Assembly: GCA_038087875.1 (NCBI GenBank)
Contig: CM075986.1
Coordinates: 6,882,001 to 6,946,000, forward strand
Length of the DNA stretch: 64,000 nt
Direction: 5' to 3'
From: Malacoraja senta
Lineage: Eukaryota
This document shows positions 13,612 through 26,930 of the stretch, piece after piece. Below the pieces are notes generated by a model that had not been told where the DNA came from, did not search any database, and saw only the letters and a program-made list of their open reading frames with translations. The translations under genes and the position numbers were made by a program. Each line of letters starts with the position of its first letter. The stretch's first letter is position 1.

Positions 13612-16600
13612 AGTATGAGAGTTATTGTAGACTTGCAAAAACAGTGCAGGGTGAAATAGCACTAGCAAAAATATGCGCAATCGAGTGATAAAATCTCACG
13701 GTAAAGAATTCATTAGCCTCGGGCCGCGGCGAAGCAAAAGTGTTTCAAGTCTTCAGTTCCATCGTCTTATGCAGAGGAGAGGTGGACAATGCCAATAAAC
13801 CACATCCTCGTAAAGTATTGGGAAGGATTGCTTCCAGCATACATTCCTAAAAAGCAGTAAACGGGAGGAACAAGCGGGTAAAGGAGCTAAAGAACGCTTT
13901 GAGGTCTGATTTGTCTCCACCTCCAAGAGTAAACAATTGGGCATTTTACTTGAAAATACTTGGGCGCGGGCTGTAAACACAAGCAGAGATTGTGCGCCAG
14001 ACGTCTCGCCAGAATCTGTATAGCTTTTTTATTGCAGTAATTTCTGGCAGCTTGGAATGGTTAGGAAGTAGAACAAAAGAGGGCGTCGCTTGCTTTAGGG
14101 TCTAAAAAGCATGTTGGCTTCACTGCAATATTCAGCTGGATTCATCCTTGAAATAAAATTCTTCGATATTTGCCCATAGAAATAAAATCTCATTTTATTA
14201 CTTGCCACCTCCAATTGTGAATATAGTTTAATGGGTTCTGAAAGTTTCCCCCTTTGCTGTGTTTGTTTAACAGACGTTCAATTCTTAACCTTCAGAAATT
14301 TATACCCTATAAACTTTTACAGCGGTCATATTATTTTATGGCAACACACACACTGAATTTCCTATAATGACAGACAACTTCCCAACCCCTCCTCCACCAG
14401 CACCACCGTGCAAGACTCATTTCTGGTCTTTTTTTTTAATGTGCTTGTGTTTCCTGCGTTAGAGGAAAAAATATTGAAAGAGAAACAACTGATATATTAG
14501 TCGTAATATACGACATGCTGGTCCTGTAATTATTTTTCATCTAGTCTTAGTGGAATCTGTTTCCAGCGCTCGCATAACCACTTTCCCTAATACGGAGGCA
14601 TTATAAAATATCGAATCGTAGATTTAATTTTTAATATCCCCCTGACACATGCATAGCCTTTCCAATGAAATATCCTGAAGCTTTTAAGGTGGTGAACCCT
14701 CTTCCATCCCATTTAATTATAGATGGTTTCGTTATCAACAATAAGGTTTTTGCAAGTATTATCAACCAGAAATGTCACCCAGCCTGAACACACGATGGAA
14801 TTGATCTTCGAATTTCATTATATGTCGTATGATCAGATTTTTTTTGACATGTGGTTGTGTAAAGGTACTTTGAGTAGTGTGCACCATTTTCAGTGTTCAA
14901 TGTCTATCAGTAGTAGAATATCCCCATTTATGTTTAGGTCCAGACATACATGGCGAATATTATAGAGTAATTTAGCAACAATTCTGAAATATTTTCGTCA
15001 GTGATTTTATTTTGCGAATGGTTAATAAATATATAGAGATAGCGCGAAGTTTGTCAATTTCTTGAAGCAATTTATGTAGTTCACCATACCAACCTCACCT
15101 TTTATACAATAAAACATATTTTATATGTACACCAGAATGTATACATTCATTTTCAATGTCTGTATGTGTGTATGCATGAACCTATAGTCAGCCATTCGTG
15201 TTGATGGAATATGCATAAACTGAACAAAAAGGTTCTTCATATAATTCACTTGAACCTGGTAAATCTATTAAAAAGCTGTCTAAAATTCTTGATACAGAGT
15301 AAATAGTATTGAAATGGCATCCCTTTAATTCCGAAATTTAAATTGTATAGGTCGGTTGACGAGACATTACTGAGCAGGCACCATCTCTGTGCACCTTACA
15401 ACTAAATCTGCAAGGCTCAGATAATGATATTTTAATCCTAATAGTTATGTAAATTCTCAGAGAACACCTTACATATAAATTTGTGTTATTTTACATTTGA
15501 ATCCGCCAGCCTTTAATTTTATTCCAATAACCACGATGCTTAACATTCAGCGTGAGATAAGTGATGAAATTTCATAGTTTATGGTATCAATTAGACAGTA
15601 ATGCGCATAAAGTAAGCAACATATAAATGCCGTTAACATTGTTGTCTGTACTTTAATTAATTATTCGGTCAAAACACTACAAAATAGTGAATTCTTCAGA
15701 CCCCCTATCAATAAAATGATATGGAAAGTAACCCAAAGTCTCTGCATTTTAATTTAATTTTGCACTAAAAGCGTTCGACCTCTTTTGGCATCGACTCCGG
15801 GTAACGTTCCTTAGTGCAGCTGAAGCATGTTGAGGTAGCATTGTTTAAAGGAACACATCGCCTTGTTTTTATTCCGCTTCTTCGCGGTAGCCGCATACAT
15901 TCTCTGCCCCGTGCTATTGAACTGACGCTTCTCTATTGTGTCCGCTGTGATGGAGAATTTATTGGAAAAGCCCAGGAATCGCATCATAAAATTACTGAAA
16001 GACTCTGTGTCCGAGACTGCGGCAGTGAATGCTGACGTTGCCTGCAACTACTTTCGCATGGTTCAGGGAATCAATATTTAGTCCCGTTGAGATTTTGAGA
16101 AATTGGGATCAGTTTCTTCGTTCCAAATGCAGCCTTCCATTCCCGGTTGTCATTTATTTTCCAAACGCATTGAATAAATATAAACATTTTAGCTATGGTA
16201 GTGGGTCTGCACTAGGCCCAGGGAATTGATCGTGTTTACAACCAACAACTAGGCAAGGCCTAGAAAGGAGACGCAAGGTCATGAGGAAACATGCACTTTT
16301 CATTTATCAGCAGCATTTATTTTGCAGTATGTTTGTCATACATTCACATATTTCCATCTATTGATTGTGGTGTTAGGTGCACCGAGAACGGCGAGTTCAA
16401 TTGTTTTTTACATCATTCAGTGGATTTCAATTCTTATTATTTCTATGATTAATAATATAAAATCACGTTAAATAGTGCAACCGCGCGCTGCTGCTGTTGT
16501 ACAGTTCCGGTAGAAAAAAAACTAGTAGAAGCCACCCAGATTTGGTGTGTTTATGCCATTCAGTTGATTGGATTATTTTAAATGTAAAATCGGCACAAAC

Positions 16601-17720
16601 CTATAAAAGGAGTATAAACACCAGCTCCAACCGGACAGAGACATAAAAATGCGCAGAAATATTTACAAATTCCCTTCAGGAATGTGTTTTTTTTAAACTA
16701 AAGTGTATCTCTTTTTAAATGATCTGTTTGTTGATTTCCTTTCTTGCGTCGTGGTGGGTAATCTGGGTAACTTCGTCAGATTATTCCTAGACTGTGTGTT
16801 TTTCATAATGTTATGAAATCCTATCGTGTGCATTGTTAAATTTTCGACTCAACCCTACTTGTCCTGTTTCCTAAGTATTAAGCCCTTATCTCAAAAAGCC
16901 ACGTGGTAATAGTTGCCCAGAGAAATACAAAAACACTCAACAAAGATTACAGTCAACGAAACGTGACAACTGCTCGTTTCAACTTTGGGTGCGCGGTTAT
17001 GCGTTTTAAACCCAAAAAGAAGACAGGCCCCAAACTCACCCCAAAACACAAACTAAAGTCTACAGAAATAGACATCATAATGTACATCATCATTCGGTTT
17101 AAATAGCAACCACAATTCTGTGTAAGAAAGCATACCCCAAAATCAAAATGACGAGGGGAGTCACTAGTAAAACAATCGCAGTGTGACGCGTTTAACAACG
17201 TGTTATTAAACATTCACCTTTGCCTGTAAACAATTGATAGTAAGTCGTGTTAAATCAGTTCGAACGGAAAAGATTACAATATATATAATCGTAGGTTAAA
17301 GATCATTTTCTCTAAAATGTGTATCTGCAGCGAGATCCGCCACAAAGACCGACACCAAAAGATTCACAGAGATTGTAATAATTTATAAATATCCTGAAAT
17401 TTATTTTTAAACCGCCAAGAGGAACTGAGTAGGAATAAAAGCTCGCTGCTCTCTCTGGCTAATAGAGGGGTTGTGAATGAGAGGAAGTTGTATCTCATAA
17501 TATCCTGTCATAAAATTCTTTACACGTGACTCTATTCCCTGAATGAATGCTCTAAAATGTTCGGAATAAATAGCCGAATTGCAGGGTGTTAATACGTTAC
17601 GTTCAGGCTATTCTTTGCTGTGTAAGCATTGTGATTTTTCTCTGAATTACTGTGGTTTACGGATATGTTGCAGTGGGACCAATAACCGCCGACGCGCTAA
17701 AGTTCCAAAAGAATAACTCG

Positions 17721-17962
17721 TCACTTGAAGTCCTTTGCATGCTCCTTATTGAGTCTTTTCATCTTCATCCTTCTGTTTTGAAACCAGATTTTAACTTGTC
17801 TTTCTGTCAGGTTCAGAAGACGCGCCACTTCGTGCCTCCGCTCTCGAGTGAGGTACATGTTGAACAGAAATTCTTTCTCCAACTCCAGGGTCTGATACTT
17901 GCTGTAAGGACACCTTTTCTTCCTTGTCGAGCGAGCATGCAACCAATTTGCCGAAGGGTTGC
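17721..17962 (-). CDS. HOXB9: HoxB9 exon 2 (Abd-B-class homeodomain)
   Basis: Acceptor TCTCCAG|GC; [19 protein letters not shown]...[28 protein letters not shown]; 517+242 nt = 252 aa + stop. Confidence 0.95.
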
Positions 17963-18965
17963 CTGGAGAAGAGGTGGAGAAGAGGAAAAGGCAATCAGAC
18001 CAAAACAGGAATGTTGATGCCAATGATTTTCATTGTTGCACTTCTCACAATGTGATACTTATCCCCAAAAGTTTCATGGACCCAAGTACTGTAATAGCGC
18101 GAAGGTGACTTAGGATATATTCCTAAGCGTGTATCCTTCCAGTAATTTGTAATACTCAACTGTGAATAGCTGGGCGTCTACAGAAGACTTAGATTTATAT
18201 TTGTTTTACAGTTTATGACCACGTTTGGAAATTGCGGTGTAAAANNNNNNNNNNNNNNNNNNNNNNNNNNNNNNNNNNNNNNNNNNNNNNNNNNNNNNNN
18301 NNNNNNNNNNNNNNNNNNNNNNNNNNNNNNNNNNNNNNNNNNNNNNNNNNNNNNNNNNNNNNNNNNNNNNNNNNNNNNNNNNNNNNNNNNNNNNNNNNNN
18401 NNNNNNNNNNNNNNNNNNNNNNNNNNNNNNNNNNNNNNNNNNNNNNNNNNNNNNNNNNNNNNNNNNNNNNNNNNNNNNNNNNNNNNNNNNNNNNNNNNNN
18501 NNNNNNNNNNNNNNNNNNNNNNNNNNNNNNNNNNNNNNNNNNNNNNNNNNNNNNNNNNNNNNNNNNNNNNNNNNNNNNNNNNNNNNNNNNNNNNNNNNNN
18601 NNNNNNNNNNNNNNNNNNNNNNNNNNNNGGTCCGCCACACATGTTTGCTCACCCTGCTTCAGACGAGTTACACAAAAAGGGGAGAAAATAACAAGAGGAA
18701 AACGTATAGTCAGTCATTTATGTCTTTATTGCCTGCTAGAGGAAGGGCTGGTATAAAGCCGTCGTTAAAGGTTTGCAGGTGGTTACTGAGGAACCCATGA
18801 AAAAGCAGAGAGGAACATAAAATAACCAGGATTATAAAATCAGTTAAATACATGTGACTATACCGGAGGCAAACTGACTTTAATTAGAATCTTTCTCCAG
18901 TGGCATTAATTTCGAAAACTATTTTCTCTCTGGGATTAATCAAGTGCATCATATGCCCAACTTAC

Positions 18966-19482
18966 TTTGTTCTGATGCCTCTTTGTCTCCTTTCTCTTCA
19001 TATAAGCTGTCTTCATAGCATGGCGCTTTTCCGGATCTCATGATTTCGCTCTCCAAGGATTCCCCATGCAACTTTTGGAGCGCCGCTGGTAAGGTTTGGA
19101 CGCCGTGACCCGCGAGGGGCTCCGTTTTCAATGAATCGTGACCACTGGTAGGTATCCCGGCTACGGCCACAGCTCTGGGGGTTGGGTCCAGCCAGGATCG
19201 CATATACCTGCTTTCGGACGGGATGGGATGAGGTTGGACATATGGATGGTATAACGTGGACACATTGGCGGGAGGCTGAGGGTACACCGGTGTCCAAGAG
19301 GTGCCGAACACCGAAGATTTCGTCTGAAAATTACAAGCGGGGAAGTCGGAATGTTCGCTAAGACCAGGCTGTCTGGAGACTATATATTGCCCCGAAGTTA
19401 ACTTTGTAGCAGCAGTCCCTTCGCTATCATGACTTATAAGGGAATCGACAAAATAGTTACTAATAGCACCGGACATCGTCAT
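18966..19482 (-). CDS. HOXB9: HoxB9 exon 1 (517 nt, phase 1)
   Basis: MTMSGAISNYFVDSLISH...ESRYMRSWLD Hox9 N-terminal domain; donor AA|GTAAGT at 18966/18965; synteny with HoxB8/B7. Confidence 0.93.
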
Positions 19483-22400
19483 TGTTAAACATCATACACG
19501 GCGATTCATTGGGAAATTATATGTAAGGCTAGAAATTGTTCTCTCAACTTCTCAACTAACAAAGTAGAGTTAGCTAATATGTTGTGGGCTATCTGCGAAA
19601 TGATTGGTTAAAGTTTTCATGAGGCCGACAAAGCGACAATAAAACGTAAATCAATCCGCAATGGGGGTTAAACAATTAACATGGCCCCTCGTATTATATA
19701 CGTTTAGAGGTGAAATCGTGTTTTAAACAAGGAACACTAATGCGTATAAACATATATAGTACAAAATCGGTAACAATACAGCGCTAGATTAAATTTAAAA
19801 AAATAGTTTTCAGAGGGACTACTTTGCCTGTTAATTAATCTTATCTCATGTGACAAATTCTCACACCAGGGCTCATAATCGACAGTCTTATTATTGCTGT
19901 TATTATCTTAAAACGATAACATAAAATAGCTCTAAACCCAATTACTCTGCCACACAATTCTTGCATGTTTTCTTGTGTTGTGATGGGCAAAGTAAACCAG
20001 CGACTCTGGCGGGTTGGAAACCTAATTTTGAATTACGAATATTCGTCTGAGAAACCAGTGCTGGTAACAAAATGCATGTGAGTTCAATATGTTCAAAGCT
20101 TTACACAGGAGGGTTTGTGGTGAAAGTGTTCTTCCTAATAATTGACAAGTCAAGACTTTATAGTTCTCCATCATATTTTAATTTGGACAAAATTCGTAAT
20201 GGGATAGCACTGGACTCGATTAATTTAATTATTTTGTTCCGATTGTACTTATTTTGAAGCTGACCCATACATTAACGACATTGCTTCATAATACTCTGAA
20301 TCACGTGGTTTTGCGTTTTAATTCCCTAACAAGGCTACTTTACATGTATGGGAAGTCTCGACCGAGCTCAGCCGGATCCACGGCGAATCAGCGAATTATT
20401 GTGAAGTGATTTAAATATATGTATCAATTGTTAAAAGTGGTTAATTTAAAGCCACGTTCTCACTTGTTATCTTTCCTATCTGGTTTTTTTTTGGACGCCG
20501 TCCTTTCCGTGAGGATGAATGCCACCAAAGGAAGTTATTGGAATCCGAGAAGAAATTGAGAAGAAATTCAGTGTGGAAATTTCGAAATCTCTTTTGACCT
20601 TGTTCACAGCGAAATACTCAAATAAAGACAAAATGTTACGTCGTGAAGAATGGAGGTATACTGAAATACTGGCGGAATCCCGATAGAACCATCCAACTTT
20701 TCATACATCTTTTTTAATTCACTCATCCTCAAAAACTAAAAATGTTTAACTTTGTTATGCTTCTAGCAAAAAAAAAACTAGACGCGGTTGGATTTAGGTA
20801 ATACAAAGTCAAATCGCAGGACATATTATGGTGAAGGCAAAGATCTCATATATACCACAGATCTTTTTTTTTTTGCCATACTTTGATTATTCAGCCCTGA
20901 CGCGAAAATTCATTTCATGCAGAGAAGTTCAGTCGCTTGGACCTAAGTACCAGCTTATTAACATTCAAGTCTTTAAACTTAAAGCCGTATTAATGGCTCT
21001 CAATGGGCGTTCACTGCCATTGGCCTGCCGACCTCTCCTTTTTTAACTGATTATAAATTAAAGCTAATATTTGTGCATTTGTTAAATATGTTAACTACGC
21101 TCTGATAATCTTACTCCGGAAAGATTCTTAACTTCATTTTAAAGGTATTATTAACTACAGGATGGGCCCGAATAAGTTATAACGGACATTGAAGACAGAA
21201 TAGTTAAATATTTGATCAGATCAATACAAAACGGAATCTATATACTGGTTACTATCCTTGGGTATATATTTGCAAATGTACATCATTTTATTGATATATA
21301 AGATATACACATTTGTCTTGAATGTAAATAAATATAATGTTGTTATTCTGTCCTCTGTACTCTTCCTATAAACGTTGACTTTGCTCCCACTATACTTTCT
21401 AAAGTTCAGTAATAAACAAAGAATACATTTTGAAAATATTTTCCTCCTAAAGACTGCCCATCTTAATTATTATTGAAAATAACGGTCTTAGGTGCCACCA
21501 CATTAGTTTAAATGTTATATGAATATTATCTAGTGAAATAATTAGCCATACTTTCAACATACAAGTTATGCAACCAAAACAAGCGGGCCTGTAATTTGGC
21601 ATGAAAACTGCGTTTGGATTAGGGCTAAAGACATCACATCTACATTTTCTGATTAATGTTATAAATCTTATGAAATAAGAGGTGATCTTGTCTGCAACAA
21701 ATTTGTTCAAATCTAGGGAAAAATTAAATATTTTCATGGCGTAACCTTACTTAATAAAGAACTGATTGTCATTAGTAAATATGCTTTTCATGGATATTTA
21801 TTTCCATTGATACCCAAAATAGGTTTATAAAATAATGATACCTCCTGAAGCCAATCAAGTGTTGGCACTGTGAAGCCATTGATTATATAATTATTTTATT
21901 TGTAAAAATAAAGTTCTTCTTTCTGGCCATTCGAAGAACGATTGTTATTTGTGGGTACCCATTTTACAATGAAAAACCGCTAATCGGCTTGGCTGTTGGT
22001 GTGCACATGTTCAACTGCAGCTTCAAGGACTCCGACTATCTCTCTCTTAAAGCGATAACAACACTGGCGCAATCAGAACTATGAAATTCCAGATGTGTCT
22101 TTACAGATTGCATCGCCTCATTTTCACAAATAAGATATTTAAACACACAAAACCTAGTTTTCACAGATCTTCATAGCGATTGGACTTTCACTGTTAACAA
22201 AGTAAAAAGAATAATGACACTCAAGACCATTAGAAAGCTAGCGACAAAGCCTGTTTTTCTATTTTATGTAGCCAGTCAAATGTGTTTCAAATACAGAGGT
22301 AACAGTTTCTAAATGAGAGGACGGAGGCACGTTGTAACTTGGGCATAAGGAGTAACAACCGCATTTTTATGATTTAGACTGTAAAAAGACAAAGAAATTT

Positions 22401-23702
22401 ATGGCTAGATTTACGCGACAAATTTCTGTGTACCAGAGCCCTAATGCGAATCTATGTTCAATCAGTGCAGATCAATGGACATTTTCAGTACATTCCACAT
22501 TGATGCGGTTATATTTTAAAGACTTTTACATCACATATCCAGATCGCTGCCAAGCAAAAAAATGGCGTTTGTCTCCAGCGCCAGCATCATGAATAAGAAA
22601 CGTCCTGTCGTTCGGGGTCGCTGCAAACCATTGGGGTGGGATCGCCACATTTAGATTTAAAGAAAGAGGTTTATATCAAACCTAAATGCACAAGATATTA
22701 AGCCATTTGCTCCTGGCTACTACCAAGCTGTGCATGTCTAAGAGTCTAAATGAAGTTTTAAACGCCCGGCATCTTTAACAATAACGAGTTCCTGCTGTCT
22801 CCCTCTGCTTGGTACATTTAATGGTGCATTGAAAATATGCAGATGAGCAGGCAAACCAAACGAAGCTCGTTTGTAATAAATAGCATTCAACTCATGAGGA
22901 AAAGAGAGTTAAACAGTTATAACACATGGCCGAACCACATATAACGTCTAATTGATATTAACATCCTTTAATTTAATTCCCTTCCATAATCACTGGGCGA
23001 CTAGGTGACGTGTTTGGAGTGTTTTGCGCAGGAGCCGATAATAATTTTGCCGGCGGACCAGATTGTACCCTGACAGCTAAAATCAACGAATTGTGGAACT
23101 GCTAGCCAAACTTCCAATTTTTTAAAATATCGCTGAAACGGGAATGTGAGGAGCCTCCCCAAATGGTCCAAACGGAGGCGGTCTTTTCTCCTTACGTTAT
23201 GAACCAGTTGAATATCCCCACCAAGAATAATATCCATCTGCATTTATTCAGTGTAAAGCTCTGAACAATCACTTTAACTGATTGATTAATATACATTAAT
23301 ACACGCTTGGATAGATTACATCTTGGATCCGAAAATATCAGAACTGCAAGGCCACAAATATTGCCTTATGATTGGTCGCGTGGAACGTGTTTACATTCAC
23401 AATCTCAGATGTTAAATTATGTTTTCTTACATTATAATTTAAATTTGATCAAGCTACCTGATGAAACAACACAAATATACTATAAAGTAGACCATGCAGT
23501 TTATCAGCGCCTCTATATTCTTCTGCCGCTAAACAGGGAAATAAATTGAGCAATACGGAATCAGATCTTCTCTAATCCATGACTTCACAGATACGACTCA
23601 CGAACTTCAACCTTCATAATACAATGTATAGTTATTTGATGTCTATATATGTATGTGTACGCGTGTCTGTGTATAAATACACCGACACTCATACACAGAC
23701 AC

Positions 23703-23706
<4 letters not shown>

Positions 23707-23743
<37 letters not shown>
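23707..23743. repeat. (TA)n microsatellite
   Basis: Direct inspection. Confidence 0.9.
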
Positions 23744-23746
<3 letters not shown>

Positions 23747-24424
23747 CAAATAGCTATCCATTGTATGATGAAGGTTGAAGTNNNNNNNNNNNNNNNNNNN
23801 NNNNNNNNNNNNNNNNNNNNNNNNNNNNNNNNNNNNNNNNNNNNNNNNNNNNNNNNNNNNNNNNNNNNNNNNNNNNNNNNNNNNNNNNNNNNNNNNNNNN
23901 NNNNNNNNNNNNNNNNNNNNNNNNNCGCGCGTTTGTGTATGTATATATATATATATTTAGACACACGCACACACAAGTTTACACACACAGACACACGCAC
24001 ACATATACACACATTATATATTTATATGTATATGAATGTCTGTACATTATTAATTCGCCTTTCTTCCCACCTAGGATGCTGGATTCTGAGGATTAGACAA
24101 GTTAATCCAACAATTAGCCACCACTACACAATTCCACAACTATATATTTAGCTTTGAGGAAAATATACAGTTAACGAGTTAATATGCGATGTTATTTGAT
24201 TGGCCAGAAGTTATGTTACCATCTATGTATGCATGTATCGTATTAGAGACAATTAGACAGTTTGATACTTCGGTTCGTCTTCAAGAACAATCCGCACCAG
24301 GCCTTGTTAGAGACATCATCCATCTGCACCACGTTGACACATATATACACTCTTGTTTCTTCGTTGCAAATGCCAGCGACTCCACTTTTTTAAATTTAAA
24401 ATCCAAAAGTTTTGCGATGTCAAT

Positions 24425-24510
24425 AACTGGGGTAATTCAGGCAGTTTCTTGTCACTGCGATCAAGCAGAAGCCCAACAACATGAAACTACCTAAGTCACT
24501 CAACAGTTCA
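24425..24510 (-). ncRNA. mir-196a: miR-196a precursor hairpin; mature 5p at 24472-24493
   Basis: Minus strand reads TAGGTAGTTTCATGTTGTTGGG (exact miR-196a-5p); complementary 3p arm CAGTGACAAGAAACTGCCTGAA; canonical position between Hox9 and Hox10. Confidence 0.97.
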
Positions 24511-26774
24511 ATTTCGCTGGCGCCAGTGTCTGGTCCTAACGAGCCGAACAGTAAAATAAAGACCAACGATGCAAAATATGCTTCAGCTGGATACGATTAT
24601 TTAAACATCAAATAATAAAAGCAAATATTTATAAGAAATATGAAGAGAGGTGATTAAATATGACAGTTAATGCCTGCTCAGGAATCCTGTCTATCTATTT
24701 TGAATTGTACTAATAGTGCAGACCGTATCGTTTTGACCTTGCTTTGTCTGAGCCATGACACTGTGGGTCAGTGTAGCCACAAACCTCACTAATCTGTTTC
24801 AATACCGCAGGGATGGGTCAATATTTTACCTTTTAAGCTAATCACCGAACTGTAGGCATCAACTAATTGGAAAAAGCTTAACGTTCAAATTTCTACAAAG
24901 TCAAAGTCTTATAAAATGTCGCTGCAGAATATATATCTGACGTGACAACAATGTCCTACCATTTTCCTCACGTTTTCCAAAATCTTGAAAGCCAAGTTAT
25001 CCAGATTGTCAAGAAAAGAGAAGGATGACCATATCCTGATCTCAAAGCTATGTCTTGTGGCGTGCCGTTCACAGCCAAACTGCCCAAGTCCAACAAGTCC
25101 TGCATGACAGCAACTTGCCAAACACATTTAGCTGCAATAAAACTTTACAAATGTAGACGTGATTGTCCGTGGAGCATCGTCGGTGCCCACAGTCAGGTTA
25201 CGACCGTCTCGATGGTATTTAAATCACCGACACCGGATACCAAATACATTTCAAACTGCGAGAGGTTGCTTTGGGGCTGGGAAAATCAGAATTCACTGTC
25301 TTTTTTTCCCTCTCAACTACCAAGTTGTCCATTTCAGGTCAATTTCACGGGTCCACAATCAGCCAACCACGGTGCATGATATACATGAGTCAGGCTTCAA
25401 GGGAGAGCCACTAAATGGCCACAATAAATTTAAGTAGATTTGAAAACGTTAAATAACAAACAAATTTTCAAAATACAGAAATGCTGACAAACACTGATTT
25501 ATTTATTTATTTTTATTGCGTTTTAATATAGACCTGTAACAAGGCCTAGAGAAACGATGCAACGACTCCAAGCCGTGATATATACAGAACATGCTTTACA
25601 GAAGAATTTCTGCCCACATTTGTTGACCAACATGAAAACAAAATACTTCATCTAAACACTGAGGAGTGGGTTTTTATATTGATCAAATAATGACAATTCC
25701 TTTTAATCCCCGTCTCTTGCAAGGACGTTGTGCGGAGTTCAGTGTGCTTGATAATAAACAAGATGCGATGGACACACAGTTAATAATCTTTGGTATATCA
25801 ATTCTTTTTACACTATTTTTAAATTAAATATAACATTTTAATCCAACGCGACACAGTTCGTATCTGACAAACCTCCACAAAATGAAAAACAAATTGAGAC
25901 GACAGATCATGTTCTTTGCATGTGTTAAATGTCAGATATTTTGATGAATATTTATAAAAGACAATGCATTCATCAATACAAAACACGGTTAATGTCCACT
26001 AAAGGTGTAACAGGCCTAATCAGCACCGATAGTATGTTACATGCCGAGTTCTCCTCAATCACTCTATGGCCACGTGATCACTGCGACATATATTCTATAG
26101 AATCCTTCATTGGTTTTACTTTCATTAGCATTGTGTGTACATATTTTTATTTGCCGAGAGAATTAGTCTGCAAATAGAATTAAAATTTCGTTTTAAGTTA
26201 GTGGTTTCTCAAATTGTTTGATGTTTGGTCGGAGCTCTTCACTCGGTGTGGAGCAGAGTGAGAAAGTAAAGCTAAACTTTAAACTCAGTCTTGTTAAACA
26301 TTTAGTTCACCTTGAGGTCCAGGGTGCAAGGGGGAAAAGTGTAGGTCACCAGCAGTTCGCAATAAAAATGAAATTAATAGCTACCGGGAGTCTTTACAAA
26401 TTGTTTTGGGTTAGGAGATATGAGCCAGGTGTGCAAGTTTATTCGTGACTGATTTTAGCCTCTTTAAGTCAGTCAAAGTAACACTGCCAGAAAAAACCCA
26501 GAGGGTAATTATTTTTTATATATCATGATGAGTTCAATTTTGTTACTTGCTCCTTTCGTTGTACGAACTAATATGCTTTAAATTAACGTGGTGCAGAATC
26601 TAAGCTAATAGAAAGTCCAGACGTTGAGCCGCGTCAATTATATAATGTTGTGTTAACCTCCACGATAGTCCACATGATCCCAAAGCGATTTTTGTTTAAC
26701 AATTTCAAGTCATTTCGTTCTTCGAGAAGTTTGAATTCTCTGCCCAGGAGAGCGGTGGAGAATGAGTTACTGGG

Positions 26775-26930
26775 TATATTCTAGGCGAAGGTCAATTGAG
26801 CTTTAGATATTAAGGGAGTCAAGGGACGTGGGATTAGAGCAGGAAAGTGCGCTGGGATAAAAGATCAGCCATGACTTAACTAAATGGTGGAACAAGCGCC
26901 AGGGGCCCAGAGGCCTACTCTTATTTCTTT
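26775..26930 (+). mobile_element. Old CR1-type LINE 3'-end fragment
   Basis: AAGGGAGTCAAGGG...GATCAGCCATGA...AATGGTGGA...GGCCTACTC is similar to the copies at 36490 and 39650. Confidence 0.6.

Noticed and set aside
15831-15838. let-7 8mer (CTACCTCA) downstream of HoxB9
   Set aside because: 1.9 kb past the stop and beyond several AATAAA signals; cannot be placed in the 3'UTR
17839-17849. Gene conversion between HoxB9 and HoxB10 homeoboxes (shared CGCTCTCGAGT)
   Set aside because: Only 11 nt; neighbouring synonymous sites are diverged
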